Of a DNA stretch of 11,202 nucleotides, positions 5,972-11,202 are shown in pieces. Made by a program: the position numbers and the translations under genes. This DNA comes from PVC group bacterium (GTDB lineage: Bacteria; GCA-001730085; JADFSZ01). The stretch spans positions 1-11,202 of the forward strand of contig JADFSZ010000041.1 in NCBI GenBank assembly GCA_022560555.1. Reading direction: 5' to 3'. The notes under the pieces were generated by a model. The model made no database searches. It saw only the letters and a program-made list of their open reading frames with translations, and was not told the DNA's origin. Every line of letters begins with the position of its first letter. The first letter of the stretch is position 1.

Positions 5972-6853
5972 ATGGACATACTTATCACAGGCTCAACAGG
6001 GATGCTCGGGCAAGCCCTGATGAAGGAATCGCAACAAAGACACTTTCAGACAACTGGATTAGCGTCTAAAAACACGGATCTTAATATTGATATTACGGAC
6101 ACGGACATCCTTGTTAAAAAGCTCAAGGATATACGGCCCCAAGTGATCATTAACGCGGCGGCGATCGTCAGCCACAAACGCTGTGAAGAAAATCCGGAGC
6201 AAGCCACCAATACAAACGCTAAAGCCGTAAGTGTACTCGCAGAGATTGCCAAAGATATTGGGTGCTATTTTATACAAATTTCTACGGACCATTTTTTTAC
6301 CAATGATAAAGACCGCAAACACGATGAAGATCACCCGGTAACACTTCTTAATGAATATGCCCGTACGAAATACGAAGGAGAAAAGTTCGCATTAGAAAAT
6401 CCACAGGCTCTCGTTGTACGAACCAATATCGTTGGTTTTCGTAATTTCACCCCGCAGCAGCCTTCTTTTATCGAATGGATTATTATGAACAGAAAAAATC
6501 GTCAGCCTATAACACTTTTTGATGATTATTTTACCTCAAGTATCGATATTACGACATTCGTGTGTATTTTATTTGATCTCTTCAAGCAACGTCCCCATGG
6601 ACGGCTTAATATCGCGTCCCAACAAGTTTCAAGCAAAAAGGAATTTATCGAAGAGCTATGTCACGAATTTCAATTTGACTTGGATGGTGCCATCACAGGC
6701 AGTGTCAAGACACTACAGACCCCTATGCGCGCGGAAAGCTTGGGTCTTGATGTTAGTCAAGCAGAATCACTTTTGGGTTGCTCACTGCCTGATCGCCATC
6801 AAGTGATTGCCAATCTTCAAATAGAATATAAGGCACTTGGTTATGAACTATGA
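5972..6853 (+). CDS. NAD(P)-dependent sugar-nucleotide reductase, RmlD (dTDP-4-dehydrorhamnose reductase)-like SDR
   Basis: 293 aa. MDILITGSTGMLGQAL is the Rossmann GxxGxxG motif. IINAAAIVSHKRCEENPEQATNTNAKA and ISTDHFF match the RmlD substrate-binding-domain pattern, and YARTKYEGE provides the YxxxK motif. Confidence 0.85.
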   Translation: MDILITGSTGMLGQALMKESQQRHFQTTGLASKNTDLNIDITDTDILVKKLKDIRPQVIINAAAIVSHKRCEENPEQATNTNAKAVSVLAEIAKDIGCYFIQISTDHFFTNDKDRKHDEDHPVTLLNEYARTKYEGEKFALENPQALVVRTNIVGFRNFTPQQPSFIEWIIMNRKNRQPITLFDDYFTSSIDITTFVCILFDLFKQRPHGRLNIASQQVSSKKEFIEELCHEFQFDLDGAITGSVKTLQTPMRAESLGLDVSQAESLLGCSLPDRHQVIANLQIEYKALGYEL

Positions 6854-7922
6854 CACAAAATTCAGTATCGGAGAACACACTATCGCGTTAGATGCCCCCA
6901 GCTATTTTGTGGCAGATATCGCAGCTAATCATGATGGAAACCTTTCGCGAGCTAAAGATTTGATATGCCTCGCCAAAGAATCCGGAGCCAATGCGGTGAA
7001 ATTTCAGCATTTTCTTGCCGACAAAATTGTGAGTGATTACGGATTTAAACATTTAGGCCAAAAAATGAGCCACCAAAGCAAATGGAAAAAAAATGTTTAC
7101 GAAACTTACAAAGAATATGAATGTGATCGCACATGGACCGAAACCTTGGTCAAAACCGCCAAGGAAGCACATATCGACTTTTTATCGACACCTTATGACG
7201 ATGAAGCGGTCCGGATGCTCGAGCCCCATGTGTCAGCTTACAAAATCGGATCCGGTGATATTACCTGGACTGACTTTATAGCCAAAATCGCCAAACTGGG
7301 CAAGCCAGTGCTTCTGGCTACCGGCGCATCCTCGATGCAGGATGTCAAGCGAGCCGTCGAAACCATCTTGGCTAACAATCGCAAAATCTGTTTGATGCAG
7401 TGCAACACTAACTATACCGGATGTGGAGAGAATCTAAAATATATTAATCTCAATGTGCTTAAAACCTATGCCTATCAATATCCGGGCATGCTCCTTGGAC
7501 TGTCTGACCATACTCCCGGATACACCACAGTTTTAGGTGCCATTAGCCTGGGAGCCCGTATTATTGAAAAACATTTTACGGACGATGCTGGCCGAAAAGG
7601 TCCGGATCACATTTTTTCAATGACGCCGAAAACTTGGCAGGAAATGATCAACCGCAGCCGTGAACTTGAAGAATCTCTCGGCAACGGCCAAAAGATTATT
7701 GAAACTAACGAAGAGGATACCGTCATTGTGCAACGCCGGTGTTTGCGGCTAATCCGCGATATGAAAGCAGGTGAGGTTATCACACACAAAGACCTCGTTT
7801 CTCTTCGTCCGGCTCCGGAAGATTCTGTGGCGCCTTATGAACTGACAAATGTCATTGGAAAAAAAATATCATCCCCTAAAACAGCAGGTGATGCCCTGTA
7901 TTGGAAAGACATCAATGATTAG
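6843..7922 (+). CDS. Nonulosonic (sialic/legionaminic/pseudaminic)-acid synthase family protein, NeuB/SpsE-like, with a C-terminal SAF domain
   Basis: FVADIAANHDGNLSRAKDLICLAKESGANAVKFQ, AYKIGSGDITW and LSDHT are NeuB-family motifs. The C-terminal segment RRCLRLIRDMKAGEVITHKDL looks like a SAF domain. The track start at 6837 is a TTG, so I prefer the ATG at 6843. This overlaps the upstream stop by 11 nt. Confidence 0.9.
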   Translation: MNYDTKFSIGEHTIALDAPSYFVADIAANHDGNLSRAKDLICLAKESGANAVKFQHFLADKIVSDYGFKHLGQKMSHQSKWKKNVYETYKEYECDRTWTETLVKTAKEAHIDFLSTPYDDEAVRMLEPHVSAYKIGSGDITWTDFIAKIAKLGKPVLLATGASSMQDVKRAVETILANNRKICLMQCNTNYTGCGENLKYINLNVLKTYAYQYPGMLLGLSDHTPGYTTVLGAISLGARIIEKHFTDDAGRKGPDHIFSMTPKTWQEMINRSRELEESLGNGQKIIETNEEDTVIVQRRCLRLIRDMKAGEVITHKDLVSLRPAPEDSVAPYELTNVIGKKISSPKTAGDALYWKDIND

Positions 7923-7935
7923 AAAGGATGCCAAA

Positions 7936-8466
7936 ATGCTTGAAGGTAAACACGTACGCTTGCGCGCTGTTGAGAAAAAAGATCTCAAACAGCTGCTGGC
8001 CTGGCGTAACAAACCGGAGTTTCGTAAACATTTTCGCGAACATCGCGTGCTTTCCATGACCGAACAACAAAAGTGGTATGATAATTTTGTTATTAAAGAT
8101 GACAAAACAATTATGTTCGCCATTGAGGAGAAACGCGCTAAAAAGTTGATTGGATGCTGTGGACTTTGCCATATTAATTGGATCCAGCACAATGCGGATC
8201 TTTCTATTTATATCGGCAAAAACAATCATTATATTGATCTAAAATATGCGCCGGATGCCGCACACACACTCATAGATTATGCGTTCAACGTCTTGAATTT
8301 TCACCGTATGTGGACTGAGATCTATAGCTTTGATCACCGTAAAAAGAAATTTCTCAAAAAACTCGGCTTTTCATTGGATGGAAAACACCGCGAAACATAC
8401 TGGCACCTCAACAAGTGGCATGATTCTTATTTTTATGGACTCTTACGCCGTGAGTTTAATAAATGA
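7936..8466 (+). CDS. GNAT-family N-acetyltransferase (RimJ/RimL / PseH-like, Acetyltransf_3 type)
   Basis: GKHVRLRAVEKKDLKQLLAWRN is a typical N-terminus for this family, and later GFSLDGKHRETYWHLNKWHDSYFYGLL fits too. I prefer the ATG at 7936, which has AAAGGA 7 nt upstream. The alternative ATG at 7915 overlaps the NeuB stop. The track start at 7849 lies inside the NeuB gene. Confidence 0.8.
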   Translation: MLEGKHVRLRAVEKKDLKQLLAWRNKPEFRKHFREHRVLSMTEQQKWYDNFVIKDDKTIMFAIEEKRAKKLIGCCGLCHINWIQHNADLSIYIGKNNHYIDLKYAPDAAHTLIDYAFNVLNFHRMWTEIYSFDHRKKKFLKKLGFSLDGKHRETYWHLNKWHDSYFYGLLRREFNK

Positions 8467-9581
8467 TTACGTGGAGCCGAAATACACCTTTTGAGGCTAC
8501 GGACACTCTGCAGGAGACATGGACGTACCATGAGGATGGTCATCAAAAATCTATTCCTGTTGAAATTTTCCTCGGAAAACCCATCGATATTGTTTCATTA
8601 AAAAAAGAAAATATAGAAGATTTTGCATCCAAGATTGATTCGATCAGCCAATCCCGTAAGAATCTGTATCAAGATACATCTCTCGAACATGTCATGGTTT
8701 GCCCTGTGTGTTCCTCATCAACCGATACGGCAACAAAGATTATTAAAATTTATGGAGCACAGTATTGCCGCTGCAACTATTGCACACATCACTTTGTTTT
8801 GGATCGATTGAGTCAAAAAGCGATTGAGGAATTTTATACTTCCAATCAAACATACCAAAGCACTTACGCTGATCCGGAAACACTCCAAAAGCGCCTGAAA
8901 GACATATCTCTTCCCAAAGCCCGCTGGACCATTGAACGTTTTGAGCATCTTGTCGGCCAAAAACCTAAAAAAATATTGGATGTCGGAACAGGCAGCGGTC
9001 ACTTTGTTCACGCGTGTCGCACATTAGGAATAGAAGCTGATGGATTGGAAATTAGCCAATCCGGCGTAAAATTTTGCAAAGATATTTTTGGAATCAAACT
9101 TATTCAAAAAGATTTTATCACAGAATGGGAGTCATTGGGTGACTACGACATCATCACATTTTGGGGTGTTATCGAGCATGTTCCTGGACCTGTAATAATG
9201 CTTAAAACCGCGGCTCAATTACTCGATAAAAAACCCTCCATGATCGTCACAGAAGTACCCCGTTGGGCCTGCTTTGGAACGGAAGTGCAAAAGCTGTTTC
9301 CCACATCCATTATCCGACACCTTGATCCTCTGGGTCATATTCAGATGTTTACAGATTCTTCGCTCGCGACCACATTTCTAAAGGGAGGGTTTGAACCTAA
9401 TGCCGCGTGGTATTTCGGAATGGATTATTATGAGCTCCTAGTACAAACAGCCCATCATCTTGGTGACAAGAATATTCTTGAGACAATGAAAAGTTATATC
9501 AATCCCATTCAAAATGCGCTTGATCATTCCCGCAGTGTTGACACCATCGTATTAGCCGGAACATCTACCCAAGCAGAATAA
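8463..9581 (+). CDS. Class I SAM-dependent methyltransferase with an N-terminal CxxC...CxxC zinc ribbon
   Basis: 372 aa. CPVCSSS...CRCNYCTHHF forms the Zn ribbon, ILDVGTGSGHF is SAM motif I, and DIITFWGVIEHV is motif II/III. ATGA start/stop overlap with the GNAT gene. Confidence 0.85.
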   Translation: MITWSRNTPFEATDTLQETWTYHEDGHQKSIPVEIFLGKPIDIVSLKKENIEDFASKIDSISQSRKNLYQDTSLEHVMVCPVCSSSTDTATKIIKIYGAQYCRCNYCTHHFVLDRLSQKAIEEFYTSNQTYQSTYADPETLQKRLKDISLPKARWTIERFEHLVGQKPKKILDVGTGSGHFVHACRTLGIEADGLEISQSGVKFCKDIFGIKLIQKDFITEWESLGDYDIITFWGVIEHVPGPVIMLKTAAQLLDKKPSMIVTEVPRWACFGTEVQKLFPTSIIRHLDPLGHIQMFTDSSLATTFLKGGFEPNAAWYFGMDYYELLVQTAHHLGDKNILETMKSYINPIQNALDHSRSVDTIVLAGTSTQAE

Positions 9582-9584
9582 ATA

Positions 9585-9902
9585 TTATTGAATTGATTTA
9601 AGGAGTTCTTCGGAAAATTTTGGAGGATTTTTAAGTACCCCGATTGAGGCATAGTCTCTGAGAAATTCACGGGATCGATCATTCAATTGGCTCACAATGT
9701 TATCCTGATTAGAATTGAGTTGTCGCATACAGTCTTTTAATGAATCCACATTATGTGCTAAAAGAACGGCTCCTTGAGATATAAAAAAATTTTCTCGCAT
9801 ATCATCGTAAAGGTCAATCACAATCACCGGTTTTTGTAATATCATTGCCTCTAAAACAGCTGTCGATTCATAGGTCACAATAAAATCTGAGGCAAGAATC
9901 AT
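9585..9902 (-). pseudogene. 5'-truncated remnant (C-terminal ~100 aa) of a GT-B-fold sugar transferase (PseG/SpsG-, TagF- or capsule-biosynthesis-like)
   Basis: ASDFIVTYESTAVLEAMILQKPVIVI matches the usual GT-B C-terminal-domain motif (sD-x-V-x-t-x-x-St-x-x-x-EAl-x-x-gkPvi). At least 200 N-terminal residues are missing. The frame stays open upstream to a stop at 10062-10064, but it passes through the 66-nt repeat and GC-rich sequence with no ATG/GTG/TTG above 9929. It is convergent with the methyltransferase gene, with a 3-nt gap. Confidence 0.55.
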
Positions 9903-9947
9903 AAAAAGTGAGAAGCCGCCACAAAACAAACAGGGTAAGTGACTTAA
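9882..9947 (+). repeat. Left copy of a 66-nt imperfect direct repeat; an orphan copy of the 3' end of the GIY-YIG gene
   Basis: Aligns without gaps to 11136-11201 (offset 1254 nt) at 59/66 identities. The plus frame reads KSEARIIKSEKPPQNKQGK-stop versus KSEARIIKSQKPPQNIKGK-stop in the intact gene. That frame is closed by a TAG at 9871-9873, so nothing of the gene remains upstream. Confidence 0.9.
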
Positions 9948-10090
9948 CGGATACTTATTGAAGGCAACATGGGAATAAAGGCGACCGGCAACGAGCGCCG
10001 AGAGTGACGCGGTTCTATTCGACCAGCCTGTACTTCTCGCACCGCTCGCGCAGGTCTCATGTCATCGTCGCACGATGATAAATGCCTTTA

Positions 10091-10294
10091 TCAGCCCATG
10101 ATGACGTGGCGGCGATAACGGTTGCGCGACTGCTTCATGGATTTCTCGTTGAATTCGCGGTCAAGCTTGAGAATGCGTTTGCGGCGCTTTCTCGCGCGCT
10201 TTGCCGAGATGTCTTCGAGCAGCAAAATCCAAAGCGGTATCAGAAAAATATTGTCGTGAGCCTGGCGGTTAAATGTTTCGGTCAGTAAGGCCAT
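10091..10294 (-). CDS. Hypothetical small basic protein (67 aa) with a hydrophobic core IFLIPLWILLL followed by a KRARKRRKR tail. The coding strand is unresolved.
   Basis: ATG at 10294 with AAGGAG (10301-10306) exactly 6 nt upstream, the same geometry as the GIY-YIG gene. However, a codon-aligned antisense ORF (10082-10288, +, 68 aa) has the higher first-position G content (about 38% against 18% by hand count), which favours the plus strand. Neither ORF has recognisable family motifs. Confidence 0.35.
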   Translation of the reverse strand: MALLTETFNRQAHDNIFLIPLWILLLEDISAKRARKRRKRILKLDREFNEKSMKQSRNRYRRHVIMG

Positions 10295-10558
10295 GATTTT
10301 CTCCTTGTCTTTTCAGACCCGGTCTATCCGGGCCTTTCTAAGCCTGAGAAATGCATGTCCCGTGGCGGCTGCATCCGTCCTATTAGACGGACCGTAACGT
10401 AGAGTAGGAGGCTTGCCCTTGCAGCCCGCAGGAGAGGGATGTGCCAGTTTTGAGGTTTGAAAGGCCTGATAGGCAGAATGAAAAGTTAGAGGAAAAATCT
10501 AACTTCTCTGCGATAATGACCGCTTGGCACAACGGATATATGCGTCTGAGGAGAAGAA

Positions 10559-10828
10559 ATGTTTTATCACATGAATCTTGCCGGCAAAGAATTACACAAA
10601 TTCGAGGATAATGAATTTGAAATAGTTGTTTATCGAGCAGAGGAAGATGGGCATTTGAGAGGGTATATTTCATCAGGCGGGTTTAGTGACCGCATAGCTG
10701 AAATATCCGGAGAAATAGCAAGTGATATGAAAACTGTGTCAGGAAATGACCCAGTGGCCGCGCTCATAGACAACATAAAGACTGAAATCAATGCTGGTAA
10801 GTTTCGTTTGCAAAGAAACACAAAATAA
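10559..10828 (+). CDS. Hypothetical protein, 89 aa, net acidic, no recognisable family
   Basis: ATG with GAGGAG 5 nt upstream. It sits immediately upstream of, and on the same strand as, the GIY-YIG gene (74-nt gap). The antisense ORFs across it look like shadows. Confidence 0.6.
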   Translation: MFYHMNLAGKELHKFEDNEFEIVVYRAEEDGHLRGYISSGGFSDRIAEISGEIASDMKTVSGNDPVAALIDNIKTEINAGKFRLQRNTK

Positions 10829-10902
10829 GGCACTTCAGCTCTGACACTTCGATCTGCTGTGTACCGGTTAATTGAAACATTAGAAGTCAAAAGGAGAGAA
10901 TT

Positions 10903-11196
10903 ATGGTCGGAAAAAAAAGTGGAAGTTTCGATAAAAAGGGAATCGAGGGTCTCGCAAAGGACAAACCCGTCGTATACAAGATCGAAGATAATAAAGGAAA
11001 AAATCTGTATACAGGCGTTGCTAAAAGAGGGCGAGTGGAGGCTCGGATAAAGGAACATTTACCAGGTGCGGCAGACCCTGTGCGGGGTGGTGCGAAAGTA
11101 AAAATACAGCAAAAGCCGAGTATTGATAAGGCCAAAAAATCTGAAGCTAGAATCATAAAGAGTCAGAAGCCACCACAAAACATAAAGGGTAAGTGA
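10903..11196 (+). CDS. GIY-YIG nuclease, catalytic domain only (97 aa), lysine-rich
   Basis: PVVYKIEDNKGKNLYTGVA carries GIY/YIG-type motifs, RVEARIKEH supplies the conserved Arg and His region, and KSEARIIKSQKPPQN matches the UvrC / homing-endonuclease-type E-x2-hI-x3-KP-x2-N motif. AAGGAG lies 6 nt upstream of the ATG. No DNA-binding extension is present. Confidence 0.8.
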   Translation: MVGKKSGSFDKKGIEGLAKDKPVVYKIEDNKGKNLYTGVAKRGRVEARIKEHLPGAADPVRGGAKVKIQQKPSIDKAKKSEARIIKSQKPPQNIKGK

Positions 11197-11201
11197 CTTA
11201 A
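11136..11201 (+). repeat. Right copy of the 66-nt direct repeat (last 19 codons, the stop codon and 5 nt beyond, of the GIY-YIG gene)
   Basis: See 9882-9947. The window ends 1 nt after this copy. Confidence 0.9.
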
Positions 11202-11202
11202 G

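Noticed and set aside
7849-7935. Long 5' extension of the GNAT ORF (MSLEKKYHPLKQQ...)
   Set aside because: It lies inside the 3' end of the NeuB-family gene in another frame. The GNAT homology starts at about LEGKHVRLR, and an SD-preceded ATG is available at 7936.
3348-9011. Antisense or alternative-frame ORFs inside truA, the hydrolase gene and the sugar-cluster genes: 3348-3716, 3997-4434, 4789-5007, 5211-5432, 5644-5859, 6046-6334, 6519-6806, 7093-7281, 7607-7789, 7869-8229, 8623-8811 and 8718-9011
   Set aside because: Each is nested in a gene with strong family motifs in another frame or on the other strand. None has a recognisable motif or a good ribosome-binding site.
10095-10125. Hammerhead-ribozyme-like core (C-TGATGA ... 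GATAA)
   Set aside because: No stem II can be drawn between the boxes, and the second box is GAUAA rather than GAAA. The resemblance rests on a single heptamer.
10525-10545. TGGCAC upstream of the 89-aa ORF as a second sigma-54 promoter
   Set aside because: The next GC dinucleotide is 14 nt after the GG rather than 10, and no TGC(A/T) lies at the -12 position.
10630-11156. Minus-strand ORFs 10630-11058 (142 aa) and 10887-11156 (89 aa), and plus ORF 10859-11050
   Set aside because: They overlap the SD-preceded 89-aa and GIY-YIG ORFs. Their Ser/Phe/Leu/Cys-rich sequences are typical of shadows of Lys/Glu-rich genes. The MILASDF start of 10887-11156 is merely the reverse of the repeat.
9882-11201. 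A diversity-generating retroelement (TR/VR pair) as an explanation for the imperfect 66-nt repeats
   Set aside because: The 7 mismatches are not adenine-specific in either direction (G/A, A/T, A/G, G/C, G/A, A/T, C/A). Four are silent wobble changes, and no reverse transcriptase is in the window.

Overview
This is a bacterial chromosomal window of about 40% GC whose genes mostly use Shine-Dalgarno sites. All protein assignments below come from reading motifs by eye; no searches were run.

Gene layout, left to right:
- Minus-strand exopolysaccharide export operon (141-2878): a mini MerR-type HTH, a Wza-like exporter and a Wzz/GumC-like co-polymerase. A good sigma-54 -24/-12 motif lies upstream, and a strictly 10-bp-phased TGTCATAG array fills the leader.
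- truA (3189-3929).
- A membrane-anchored alpha/beta hydrolase (4036-5010).
- A nonulosonic-acid / sps-type sugar cluster (5040-9581): an SpsF-like cytidylyltransferase diverging from an RmlD-like reductase, a NeuB-family synthase, a GNAT and a Zn-ribbon SAM methyltransferase. The four plus-strand genes are translationally coupled.
- A 5'-truncated GT-B glycosyltransferase remnant (9585-9902).

The most unusual part is the right end. The glycosyltransferase breaks off exactly at the left copy of a 66-nt imperfect direct repeat (9882-9947 and 11136-11201, 59/66 identical). The repeats bracket a roughly 1.25 kb module with different composition. It contains about 600 bp of GC-richer, hairpin-rich sequence with an ambiguous antisense ORF pair, an 89-aa orphan ORF and a 97-aa catalytic-domain-only GIY-YIG nuclease. 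The nuclease's last 19 codons form the right repeat. I read this as a candidate mobile or homing cassette of unknown type, and the window ends 1 nt after the right repeat.

A second recurring oddity is a heptanucleotide microsatellite family (TTYACYG) that sits at gene ends in three places.
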